Shown: positions 8,706 to 17,882 of the stretch, piece after piece | Numbering within the stretch: the first letter of the stretch is position 1 | How the letters are laid out: every line of letters starts with the position of its first letter | Assembly: GCA_048941265.1 (NCBI GenBank) | Contig: JBHLNT010000018.1 | Span: 1-43,363, forward strand | Origin: Promethearchaeota archaeon | Lineage (GTDB): Archaea; Asgardarchaeota; Lokiarchaeia; Sigyniarchaeales; SOKP01 | DNA length: 43,363 bases | Direction of reading: 5' to 3' | Position numbers and translations under genes: made by a program | Notes under the pieces: model-generated | What the model was told of the DNA's origin: nothing | The model's input: only the letters and a program-made list of their open reading frames with translations | Database searches by the model: none

Positions 8706-9941
8706 TTAATTTTTAAATTCTAATAAGCAATTTTTAAGAGATTTTAAATCCATATTTGTCTTTATTGATAAGTAATCAAAATGAGTTCTTGAAACTTTAT
8801 AGCCCTTTTTTTTTATAATCTGAATAATCTCGTCGATTTTTGGCACATAAGGAAGGTTTAATTTTTGACAAAGTTTATGCAGATTATAATAAGAAATTGG
8901 CATATTTATTTCGTCACTTGCTAATTTCAAAAGTTTATGAATTCGTTTTTTATTATAATATCCACAATTCTCATTTAAATCAATTAGTTTATTGATAAAT
9001 ATTTTATCGTGCATCTGATCCACCCACAATGGGCCAGTATAATCCATTTTTTCAATAGTATTACAGGAGGGGCATTCTTGTAGAAATTGTAAGGGATTAT
9101 TTTTAAATGCCTTTCGATAATTACAATTCCTGCAATGAACAATATAACCATAATTCTCAAAAGAATTTGAAATCTTATGCTTATTTTTCAAAGTTAAGCA
9201 AAAAACTCTTATAAAATGATTTGCGTAAAAAGTGAGTAAGGGAAAAATCCCCATCCCATTTATGTTTGCCATTCTTGAGATGAGGTAAATTAAAATCCGA
9301 GCGCCCACTTCTTTACAATATTCAGTATGTAGGGGCTTAGACATATATTTTCGAATACAGGAAGTTGGTTTTATTCCAAATAAAACTGCTGTATCCGTGG
9401 CGGTGACGCACATCAATCCATTGACTCTCTGAATTGCTTTAAAGGCAGAGTCTAAATAGAGATTTGGAGTCCCGAATGGGTCTATCGATATAATATTTGG
9501 TTTCTTTATAATTATCTCAGAATTCATGCGATTTTTTTGCGCAATTTTAGAAAACAAGAAATTTGCGTCTTTTCTAGAAATAATAATTCGAATTTGAGAG
9601 TTATTTAAGTTGTTTATAGAGATATTTTTGTGAATTAATTCAACTGCTAAAGGATTTATATCATTAATATAAATTTTTTGAATATTCTGGCATTCTTTTA
9701 TCATACGAATTGAGCCGATCCCAGTTCCAGCCATAGAATCTATAATTATTAACTTATCTGGATTATATAGCTCGTTATAAGCCATTATGGCCAAGTTTGA
9801 AATATCTCGATTTATCTCCATCTTTTTATTATAAAAAACATTCATAGATTTTGAGGGAATTGAATCTTTATCAGAATTATGAACATATATTTCTGCTGTG
9901 CTTTCTCTAATCATTATCAGATCTTTTTTTTCCATCTTCAA
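8706..9941 (-). CDS. trm1: tRNA (guanine-26 N2,N2)-dimethyltransferase
   Basis: VFYNKKMEINRDIS, NDINP, IDPFGTP, VTATDTAVL, EVGARIL, CxxC...CxxC, GPLW, SRTHF...IKTN. Confidence 0.93.
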   Translation of the reverse strand: MKMEKKDLIMIRESTAEIYVHNSDKDSIPSKSMNVFYNKKMEINRDISNLAIMAYNELYNPDKLIIIDSMAGTGIGSIRMIKECQNIQKIYINDINPLAVELIHKNISINNLNNSQIRIIISRKDANFLFSKIAQKNRMNSEIIIKKPNIISIDPFGTPNLYLDSAFKAIQRVNGLMCVTATDTAVLFGIKPTSCIRKYMSKPLHTEYCKEVGARILIYLISRMANINGMGIFPLLTFYANHFIRVFCLTLKNKHKISNSFENYGYIVHCRNCNYRKAFKNNPLQFLQECPSCNTIEKMDYTGPLWVDQMHDKIFINKLIDLNENCGYYNKKRIHKLLKLASDEINMPISYYNLHKLCQKLNLPYVPKIDEIIQIIKKKGYKVSRTHFDYLSIKTNMDLKSLKNCLLEFKN

Positions 9942-10073
9942 ATAATAATAAATTTCAATGATTAAATTAAATATTGTAATATAAAATCGATAAAAATTGG
10001 ACTAACTTATTATTTTATATAATTCCCCATTACATCTATTATAAAAATAAAATAATAAAAATAGGTTAATAAT

Positions 10074-10535
10074 ATGGTAAAAATATGGATAATTTATCAT
10101 ACTAAACACGGTAATTGTAAAAGTGTGTGTGAAAACTTAAAAAGCATTTTAAGCGAAAAATTTGATGTTTCCATTGGAGATGTCGCTAAAATAAAACCTG
10201 ATTTAATTGTTGAGGATTCTCCCCATCTTATAATAGTAGGATCTCGAATTATTATAGGCAGCCCAGATAAGAAAGTCAAGAAATTTGTTAATAAACTAGG
10301 ATCAATTTTACCAAATCCAATTTCTAAAGCAGCTACATTATATACCCATACTTTAAAGTGGGAATCTAATTATGCTAAAATGGCAAAAGTTTTAGAAGAA
10401 AATAATGTAGTTAAAGAATATTTACCGGATATCCTAAATATTAAGATGATTAAAACAAAGGGTCCTGCAGAACCAGATCAAGATAAAAATATTAATGAAT
10501 TTGCTGAAAAAGTATCCGAATTTATCACAAGATAA
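10074..10535 (+). CDS. Flavodoxin-like domain protein
   Basis: N-terminal IIYHTKHGNC phosphate-binding loop, IIVGS, C-terminal KGP...INEFAEKV. Confidence 0.75.
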   Translation: MVKIWIIYHTKHGNCKSVCENLKSILSEKFDVSIGDVAKIKPDLIVEDSPHLIIVGSRIIIGSPDKKVKKFVNKLGSILPNPISKAATLYTHTLKWESNYAKMAKVLEENNVVKEYLPDILNIKMIKTKGPAEPDQDKNINEFAEKVSEFITR

Positions 10536-10559
10536 GGAAATCTTAAAATTAATATACTT

Positions 10560-11549
10560 TTAATTTCCTATATCTATGAACCATTCCACAGCAGTTTTAC
10601 TTCCTATTAATCCCCCACAGGTTGTAGCATGTATTTTGGTAATGTTATGTTTGGTCAGAGGTTCGATATCTTCCATATTTGTGATTTTATTTTGATTATC
10701 AATGATTAGAAATTCACCTCCCAAAGTCTTGATAATAAAAGCTAACGGAAGCCATTCATAAAACAGTCGTAGTTTTGGTTTTGGGAAAGGAAAATAGCTA
10801 TATACTCCTCCGTAAAATAAAATCGCATGAAAATCGCCAACAAAACTCCCGCTATATCTATCTTTAAAATGTTTCTTGATTAATTTTTTTTCAAATTCAT
10901 TACATTTTGGAGACCATTGAGTAGAATCTCCCCCTAAGCATCTTATTCCACCTTGTTCTGGATCAGGAAGAGTAAGGAAATTTCGGAAGATATAATGATA
11001 AAATGTCATTGAATAGGGTACTGTGTCTAAATAAAATTCCGCTACTACACCATTTACTGCCAAGATTAGGTTGGTAAAAATTCCATAAAGTACATAAAAA
11101 GAGCACACGATTTTACCCTCAAAATTGTAAATACCAACAATTGTGCCCACTGTTCTGTTTACTGCAACATTTGAAGAACCATCAACAGGATCGGTGGTTA
11201 TTCCAAACTTACCATTACTCACAATAGGATCAGCTTCTTCAGAGGCGATAAACGCATAATCAGTATCACCACCTTGAACTGCTTTTAATATAATTGAATG
11301 GGTGAGTAGATCTTCATGAATTTGCTCCTCATCATAGATATTCTTAGAATCTTCTAAAGGCGCTTCAAGTGACATTCTATATTGTATTTCTCGGGAGGTT
11401 AATCCTTTTTCTAATAAACCTCTTATAGGGATTGTCGCTTCCGCAATGGTCTCAATTAAATTAATCAAATCTCCTCTATCGGAAAAATAATGAGGTAAAT
11501 TGGTTTCTAACCATTTAGAAAGCTTAATTTTTTCTTTTTTATCGCTCAT
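10560..11549 (-). CDS. fbp: Class I fructose-1,6-bisphosphatase
   Basis: ASEE, DPVDGSSN...TVGTI.GIY, YVLYG, RYSGSFVGDFHAILFYGGVY, KLRLFYE..PLAFII...GG. ATG at 11549 (MSDKK) preferred. Confidence 0.88.
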   Translation of the reverse strand: MSDKKEKIKLSKWLETNLPHYFSDRGDLINLIETIAEATIPIRGLLEKGLTSREIQYRMSLEAPLEDSKNIYDEEQIHEDLLTHSIILKAVQGGDTDYAFIASEEADPIVSNGKFGITTDPVDGSSNVAVNRTVGTIVGIYNFEGKIVCSFYVLYGIFTNLILAVNGVVAEFYLDTVPYSMTFYHYIFRNFLTLPDPEQGGIRCLGGDSTQWSPKCNEFEKKLIKKHFKDRYSGSFVGDFHAILFYGGVYSYFPFPKPKLRLFYEWLPLAFIIKTLGGEFLIIDNQNKITNMEDIEPLTKHNITKIHATTCGGLIGSKTAVEWFIDIGN

Positions 11550-11767
11550 TTTAAGTGATAATAATTTAGTGATAATAATTTTCACAACTTATTTAAAATA
11601 TTGAACGATTTTAGATAACAATTTATATCTTATAGTTTTTTTTAAAAATTTTAATTCCAATCGAATAATTATAAAACAAGAGTTATATAGAATATATGTA
11701 CTATATATTTCATATATACAAATATTAAATTAGTTTATCCACCACTATATTCTCAGAGAACGTCATT

Positions 11768-11774
11768 GAGGTGA
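11768..11774 (+). promoter_or_regulatory. Shine-Dalgarno site GAGGTGA
   Basis: Strong archaeal SD consensus 6 nt upstream of TTG at 11781, supporting that start. Confidence 0.6.
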
Positions 11775-11780
11775 AATTCG

Positions 11781-12896
11781 TTGTTTATAAAGCAATTTAT
11801 CAAAATTAAGTTATTATTAAAAGAAAATAGTGTGGCATTTTCCATCGTTATTCTCTGGTTTTTCATCAATTTCCTCTATTTTTCCATAATTACAGGCAGT
11901 ACTACTACGAGCGGATTAATTGTGTTTTTTTTTATACAACATAATAGTTTATATGGGAATTTTTATTCTGCATTCTCCGAGTTCATTATTTTTGGTTTAG
12001 TGTTTGGATTAATAACAATAGAATTATTCCGAAAATATAATCCATGTATTGCATCGAGAGAAGTTTCAAAAAAAAATTCTAATCATGTAGTGATAATTGG
12101 ATATACTCATATAGGTAAACGGATAGCGGCATATTTAGCAGATAAGAAAATTAAATACGTAATTATAGAGGAAAATTATGATTTAGTAGAAGATCTCGTA
12201 ATGAAAGAAGAAGCGGTAGTAAATGATACTCCCATAAATATAGAAGCCTTAAAAGATGCCGGAGTTGAAAAAGCAAAAGCTGTGTTCGTTACTTCGGATG
12301 ATTTTGAAGTTCAATTAGTCGTAAATCATAATGTTAGAAGACTTAATCCGTCTTGTAGGTTAATAGCTCGAATATTTGAGGATGATGTGGGAGAATTAAT
12401 TTCAAAAACGTATGGTGCGGAGACTATAAGTACGTCTATGTATGCTGCGGATGTTATTGTGAATAAAGTTCGAAAGGCTAATTATAAAAAAGTACTTATA
12501 ATTGGTTTGAATCATATTTCACTAAGGTTAATTGAAAGATTAAAGCAAAAAGATTATGTAAAGTTTCAACTCGTTGAAGAAAACGAGGATTTAATAAGCG
12601 ATTTTATTGATAATATGGATTATATCGTTCCAGGAGATCCAAAGGATTTAGCAACCTTACAAAAAGTAAATATTGAAGAAGTTGATTGTATAATAAATAC
12701 AATTCCTGAAGTAAAAGATTCATTTTTAATTACCAAACGAATAAGAGACTTAAATCGTAGTTGTAAAATTATTTCAAGATTTTTTTTGGATAGTGTTGCT
12801 GAAATTTTAGAAAAACCGCCCTTTCGATCTGAAGTGATTAGTTCTTCAAAGCACACTTTAGAGATAATGATTCAAAAGGGGATGTTTGAGTTTTAA
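11781..12896 (+). CDS. Membrane protein with tandem RCK (TrkA_N) domains; K+-channel-like architecture without a GYG filter
   Basis: N-terminal hydrophobic helices, then NHVVIIGYTHIG...LKDAGVEKAKAV...LIARI and KVLIIGLNHIS...GDPKD.ATLQKVNIEEVD. Confidence 0.8.
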   Translation: MFIKQFIKIKLLLKENSVAFSIVILWFFINFLYFSIITGSTTTSGLIVFFFIQHNSLYGNFYSAFSEFIIFGLVFGLITIELFRKYNPCIASREVSKKNSNHVVIIGYTHIGKRIAAYLADKKIKYVIIEENYDLVEDLVMKEEAVVNDTPINIEALKDAGVEKAKAVFVTSDDFEVQLVVNHNVRRLNPSCRLIARIFEDDVGELISKTYGAETISTSMYAADVIVNKVRKANYKKVLIIGLNHISLRLIERLKQKDYVKFQLVEENEDLISDFIDNMDYIVPGDPKDLATLQKVNIEEVDCIINTIPEVKDSFLITKRIRDLNRSCKIISRFFLDSVAEILEKPPFRSEVISSSKHTLEIMIQKGMFEF

Positions 12897-12926
12897 ATTG
12901 AAATTTTTTTGTACTTTAAGAATTAA

Positions 12927-13616
12927 TTATTTAAATCCATATTCCGATAAATCTAATAGAAAGTTAAATGATTTTATTTCAGAATCTTTTATTAAACTTA
13001 ATTTTCTCACATTTAATTTTTTGGTTCTCCTAATTTGTATCGAAGACTTAATCCAATAATCCACAACGTTGCCTCCACTTTGCACTTCTTTTGTAGTATC
13101 TCCATAATTTTTCCGGCTTATTTCATTGACAATTAAAATTTCAGTCCTATAAGTATCATTTATATTATACAATATTGCGAGTATCTGATTTAATTGGTAA
13201 TTAAGGCTGAAATTTTTTTCCTTTTTGTCCCTATTTAATTCTAAACGATATAAATCAGTAATAGAATCTATAACAATTAATCTTATAGGAGTTTTAATCT
13301 CCTTTAAAAAAGTAAGGGTTAATAACTCAAGATTAAATACAAGTGTACATAAATCTGCAAAATTTAAGGCACATATAAAGATGATATTATTTAAAATATG
13401 CGATGATTTTTCATTAAGGATCTTACTTACTTTCTCATAAGGAAAATTAGGTTTACTATAAATGAACACAATAGGCCCTTCTTTTGCGGTCTTCATCGCA
13501 ATTTGAAGAGCCAACGTCGTTTTACCTACTCCAAAATCACCAAAAACAGAGAGGATACCGGAAATTGGCTTGGATGAATTAAAAAATTCATTTAATTTCG
13601 GAGTGGGAAAATTCAT
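12927..13616 (-). CDS. RadB-like RecA-superfamily ATPase
   Basis: Walker A GDFGVGKT, Walker B LIVIDSITDLYRLE, ILIVNE, GGNVVDYW; 229 aa with no N-terminal domain. Confidence 0.8.
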   Translation of the reverse strand: MNFPTPKLNEFFNSSKPISGILSVFGDFGVGKTTLALQIAMKTAKEGPIVFIYSKPNFPYEKVSKILNEKSSHILNNIIFICALNFADLCTLVFNLELLTLTFLKEIKTPIRLIVIDSITDLYRLELNRDKKEKNFSLNYQLNQILAILYNINDTYRTEILIVNEISRKNYGDTTKEVQSGGNVVDYWIKSSIQIRRTKKLNVRKLSLIKDSEIKSFNFLLDLSEYGFK

Positions 13617-13687
13617 GATTAAAACTTTTTAATTTTATCGTTAATTAATATTAATAACATGGAAATTAAAACATTAATATTTTTAAT

Positions 13688-14575
13688 GTGAGAGAAAGGA
13701 ATAAATTATATGTTTTAACTGAAAATTTGAACTTTTTTTATAAACTCAATAAGGAATTGAATCGGTTCCATATACCATTCAATATACTTAGTTTAAAGAA
13801 TAAATTTCCAACATTTCCCTCAATAATTTTAACAACATTAGAAGAAGTTAAAAATCGTGAACATTTTCAAAAAAAAGGCAATTTTCTTACATATTCAAAT
13901 GAAGAATCTTTCGAGGAGTATATTTTAAAAGTTATTTCGACATATAGAATAGGATATAAAGAACATTATTCAGAACTTATGTTTTCTATTGACCCCGGAA
14001 ATAAATCTGGTTTAGTTATTTTTTTGGATGATTACTTTTTAATTTCCTACTGTTGTTTTGAAATAAGAGATTTAATTAAGAAGATAAAAAACTATGTTCA
14101 ATATTTTAAAAAGAATTATCCAGATTCAATGAATTTAGTTTTTAAATTTGGAAGAGGTATTCTTCCGCTTACTCGAGATTTAGTTGATATAATATCTAGT
14201 ATATTTAGTAGCGAAAACGATATAAAAATTTTATTGATTGATGAGTTTAAATCATCAAAAATTAAAGTTTACAGAAAGGATAAGGAAAGGAAAATCTCTA
14301 AAGATGAGATTTCTGCGTTAGTATTAGCATTAAGGGATGGGATTGAAGTTAATAAAAGTAATTATCATTTAATTTTTAATCAAATAAAATCAAAATCATC
14401 AAAACAAGAAGTTTTTAAAAAAGATAAGCAAGAAAATTTGAATAAGAAATCAGAAATATTTGAACAAATAGCAGATATAGCAGCACAGGTATTAAATGGA
14501 GAACTCTCTCTTAGTGAATCATCTCAAATAATAAAGGAAATACAAAATAGTAAAAATAATATGCTTGAGGAATAG
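13688..14575 (+). CDS. Conserved archaeal protein with RNase H/YqgF(RuvX)-like domain
   Basis: SIDPGNKSGL, KFGRG, LIDEFKSS, DEISALVLALRDG: acidic residue pattern of the RNase H/RuvC fold. Confidence 0.6.
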   Translation: MRERNKLYVLTENLNFFYKLNKELNRFHIPFNILSLKNKFPTFPSIILTTLEEVKNREHFQKKGNFLTYSNEESFEEYILKVISTYRIGYKEHYSELMFSIDPGNKSGLVIFLDDYFLISYCCFEIRDLIKKIKNYVQYFKKNYPDSMNLVFKFGRGILPLTRDLVDIISSIFSSENDIKILLIDEFKSSKIKVYRKDKERKISKDEISALVLALRDGIEVNKSNYHLIFNQIKSKSSKQEVFKKDKQENLNKKSEIFEQIADIAAQVLNGELSLSESSQIIKEIQNSKNNMLEE

Positions 14576-14631
14576 AAATTAGGAATTTGGAAGTCTTTTA
14601 TTCATATCTAATAGGATGGAAGGGAAATGGA

Positions 14632-15126
14632 TTAATTTATAGAATGGCATCTTATTTCTATTGGAGTACATTTGTTTTCTAAGTAAATACGCTCGTTAAA
14701 AATTCGATTAATAGTTTTGATGTAAGTCCCCTTTCTACCAACAGCAATGGCTCTGTCCTCATAAAAATAAAATTCTATTGTAATTTGTTTTGTACCATTT
14801 TCTTTAATATCTAATAGAATATCATGAATATACGTATCCGGAAAAAGACTAAATAGTAATCTAATAAGAGTAGGTTCGGTTTTTATTATCATTACTTTCT
14901 TATTTGCCAATAACTTTCTTACTGTTTTTAATTTTCTTTTACCTTTATAGTAATTTTCATTCTCAGCAAAGAAGAAAACGTAAGGAGGCATGAAAATTAC
15001 GTTATCCGGATGAACATCTGTGATTTCTAAAAAAAAATGATAGAAGTCAAACTCATCCTTAGAAAATTTCTTTTTAATTTTAATTTTCTGCGTTAAAAAT
15101 GATTTTACTTCTACTGAACTCATCAT
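14632..15126 (-). CDS. Divergent archaeal NusA-like KH-domain protein
   Basis: DRAIAVGRKGTYIK KH GxxG motif; KKVMII...LLFSLFP inter-KH segment typical of archaeal NusA; first KH loop degenerate. Confidence 0.68.
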   Translation of the reverse strand: MMSSVEVKSFLTQKIKIKKKFSKDEFDFYHFFLEITDVHPDNVIFMPPYVFFFAENENYYKGKRKLKTVRKLLANKKVMIIKTEPTLIRLLFSLFPDTYIHDILLDIKENGTKQITIEFYFYEDRAIAVGRKGTYIKTINRIFNERIYLENKCTPIEIRCHSIN

Positions 15127-15311
15127 TTCATAATTATTTTTTAGAAAACGATTTAAACCCCATTAAGTTAGAAGTGCTTTAACTAAAATCTTAGTATGCG
15201 TTCAAAAAGCATAAAATTTATTGATAAACGAAAAGTATTAAATAAAACAAATGAGATGCAATATAAAAGAGAAATATTTTTAATTAGCATTAATTATTTA
15301 AGAGAATTAAC

Positions 15312-16478
15312 ATGAAAAGATATAAATCTATTGATATTATTCGTGGGATTGCTGTCTTTGGCATGGTATTTGGGCATATTCTTAATTGGTGGATAATCCC
15401 CAAAGATTATTGGTTATATTTATTTGTTTATTATGCTCTCGGACCTATCGCAGCGGGAGGATTCTTATTTCTTTCAGGCATGAGTGGTATATTTGCATAT
15501 AAGAAAAGTTTAATAATGGTTGATGAATCAGAGGATTTTAGTATAAATATGGTTAGAAATGGATATTTACTTAGAGCTTTATTGCTTTTATTAATAGCGT
15601 TTCTTTATAATATCCCTATAGCAATAGCAATTAACGACCTTACATGGATTTGGGCGTGGTTTGTATTACAAACGATTGCTTTTTCGCTCTTGCTCGCCTG
15701 GCCCTTTTTAAGAACAACAAAAATATTTAGGATAATTTTTGGAACTGCCATATTGATAATTAATTTTATTGTATTAGAGCTACTTAAACCTTTTCAAGGG
15801 CAATATTATAATATTTATGGAATTCTCTATCACATTTTATATAATCCCTTAGATTTATATCCCATCATTCCGTTTTTTGTAATTTTTCTTATGGGAACTG
15901 TAGCAGGGGAGATATTATATGAGATCAACTTAATCGAAGAAAAACATAAGAGAAATCACGCTTTTAAGAATAAGTTTATTTTTCCATATTTTATTATAGG
16001 GATCTGTTTAACCGTTTTTGCAATCTTATTCCAATTCCCGAGTTTTTTCACATATTCCTCATTTTCAGCCATAGTTTATGCAATTGGAATTATTTGTTTA
16101 ATAGTTTCTGCATTTATATGGATTGAAGAATTTGAGCTTATTAAAACCAAGAGGAATTATAATTTATTTTATTACTATTCATATTATTCATTTACTATCT
16201 TCTTAGTGCATAATTTTCTATATTTACTTTTTTACCAGAGTTTAAACGCAATAACTATCTGGATTCCAATAATAGCTACTATGTTTTTATTTACTCTCCT
16301 ACTTAGATTCACGTATAAAAAATTGGGACCAAAAGCATCTTTGAAGGCTGGAATTGGTATTTTAAGTTTAATAATTGCAATTAAAATAGAGCAGAGAAAA
16401 TATGTCAGAATTGGCAAAATAGAATCTGCTTTAGATCTAGGAAAGTTATTAAAATTCGGCGAAGAAAGAAAAAATTAA
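15312..16478 (+). CDS. Multi-pass membrane acyltransferase (DUF1624 / HGSNAT-like)
   Basis: KRYKSIDIIRGIAVFGMVFGH, FLFLSGMS, VLQTIA, YPIIP, SFTIFLVH; about 10 hydrophobic segments. Confidence 0.78.
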   Translation: MKRYKSIDIIRGIAVFGMVFGHILNWWIIPKDYWLYLFVYYALGPIAAGGFLFLSGMSGIFAYKKSLIMVDESEDFSINMVRNGYLLRALLLLLIAFLYNIPIAIAINDLTWIWAWFVLQTIAFSLLLAWPFLRTTKIFRIIFGTAILIINFIVLELLKPFQGQYYNIYGILYHILYNPLDLYPIIPFFVIFLMGTVAGEILYEINLIEEKHKRNHAFKNKFIFPYFIIGICLTVFAILFQFPSFFTYSSFSAIVYAIGIICLIVSAFIWIEEFELIKTKRNYNLFYYYSYYSFTIFLVHNFLYLLFYQSLNAITIWIPIIATMFLFTLLLRFTYKKLGPKASLKAGIGILSLIIAIKIEQRKYVRIGKIESALDLGKLLKFGEERKN

Positions 16479-16572
16479 TGTTTTGGGTTGAATTAACTAT
16501 ATTTTTTAGAGTTGCTTATTAAATTAAAATCACTAATGAAATTAGAGAAAACATTTCTATTGATAATAGAGC

Positions 16573-17352
16573 ATGAAAGAAAGGATTGATATTTTATTAG
16601 TTGAAAGACGTCTTGTAGAAAGTAGAACAAAAGCGCAGTGGTTAATACGAAATGGCTATGCGCTTGTGGATGGTGTTGAGGTTCTAAAACCCGGTAAAAG
16701 AGTTGATAATATTTGCCAAATTCAGTTAAAAGCGCAATTTCCTTACGTTGGCAAAGGAGGTCTTAAATTAGAAGCTGCGTTAAAAGAATTTTCGATTTCA
16801 GTAAAGGAAAAAGTGTGTGCAGATATTGGAAGTTCAGTTGGAGGTTTTACTGATTGTCTTTTGAAACATGGAGCTTTAAGAGTCTATGCAATTGATACTG
16901 CCACTGATCTCCTTCATCCTTCTTTGAGGTGTGAAAAAATGAAAGAACAAGTGATACCTTTATTAGGGGTGGATGCTCGCTTACTAAAAGAATTAGATGA
17001 GAAGGTAGATTTTTGTAGCATTGATGTTACTTTTGCCTCATTGAAAGAGATCCTACCTAATATTAAAAATTTCATTAAACCGACTGGTGATATAATTACA
17101 TTAACAAAACCTATTTTTGAAGCTAAGTTTAAAGGGGTAAATAATTTCCAAACCATTCAAGATCCTCAAAAACTAAAGCAAATTTTATTAAGCTTAATAT
17201 CTTGGTCTATTAATAACGAAATTTTTCCATATAATGTAATGAAATCACCAATCTTAGGCAAAGGAGGTTCAATAGAATTTTTGATACATTTTAAACTCGA
17301 AAAAGAAAGCTTAGAGATCAATTTTAGGGAAAAAATCAATTTAATTGTGTAG
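16573..17352 (+). CDS. tlyA: TlyA-family rRNA 2'-O-methyltransferase (S4 + FtsJ domains)
   Basis: KERIDILLVERRLVESRTKAQ, YVGKGGLKLE, DIGSSVGGFTDCLL, DVTFASL, KPIFE, SPILGKGGSIEFL. Confidence 0.9.
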   Translation: MKERIDILLVERRLVESRTKAQWLIRNGYALVDGVEVLKPGKRVDNICQIQLKAQFPYVGKGGLKLEAALKEFSISVKEKVCADIGSSVGGFTDCLLKHGALRVYAIDTATDLLHPSLRCEKMKEQVIPLLGVDARLLKELDEKVDFCSIDVTFASLKEILPNIKNFIKPTGDIITLTKPIFEAKFKGVNNFQTIQDPQKLKQILLSLISWSINNEIFPYNVMKSPILGKGGSIEFLIHFKLEKESLEINFREKINLIV

Positions 17353-17423
17353 TGTTAAGTAGAAAATCTCAGTTTCTATAAAATAGATATAAATTTTAAT
17401 TCTAAAAAAGATTAAATCTGATT

Positions 17424-17795
17424 TTAGTAGGAATATTTGAAAAAATCTCTCATCTTTAGATTGTTTACAAATTTTTGGAAACGTTGTTCTATAATGGAAT
17501 CATTCAGACCCCATGGCAAATAACCGACTATATATCGCGGAAAATATTCGACAAACCAGCTAGAGTTGAAAAGACAATCTCCAATAAATTGGAGATATTT
17601 AATTTCATTATTATTTGATAATTTTGGCATTTCAAAACAGATAAAAGGGCATTTATGGGTTCCATAGTGATCTTTTTTCATTCCAGAACAAGACATAATA
17701 GTTCTGTATCCTAGGGTATTTATTTCTTGAATATATTTAATAATTCCTCCGTCAATTCCGTATATTTCACAGGTATTTCGAAATTCACTAATCAT
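17424..17795 (-). CDS. Hypothetical protein with GYxTxxSCSG-x4-H motif
   Basis: 123-aa ORF with ATG start filling the gap; IDGGI...INTLGYRTIMSCSGMKKDH. Confidence 0.65.
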   Translation of the reverse strand: MISEFRNTCEIYGIDGGIIKYIQEINTLGYRTIMSCSGMKKDHYGTHKCPFICFEMPKLSNNNEIKYLQFIGDCLFNSSWFVEYFPRYIVGYLPWGLNDSIIEQRFQKFVNNLKMRDFFKYSY

Positions 17796-17882
17796 AATTT
17801 TTAATGGTAGTTCGTTTTTTTAGTAGTATCCCTAATTTAATAAAATAAATTTTTCCTAAATAAAGTATGTCATTATCTATCA

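Noticed and set aside
13688-14575. RuvC-like motif as TnpB/Cas12/IscB or a transposase
   Set aside because: No zinc ribbon, bridge-helix layout, terminal repeats, neighbouring tnpA or array; it fits a housekeeping-type RNase H-fold family.
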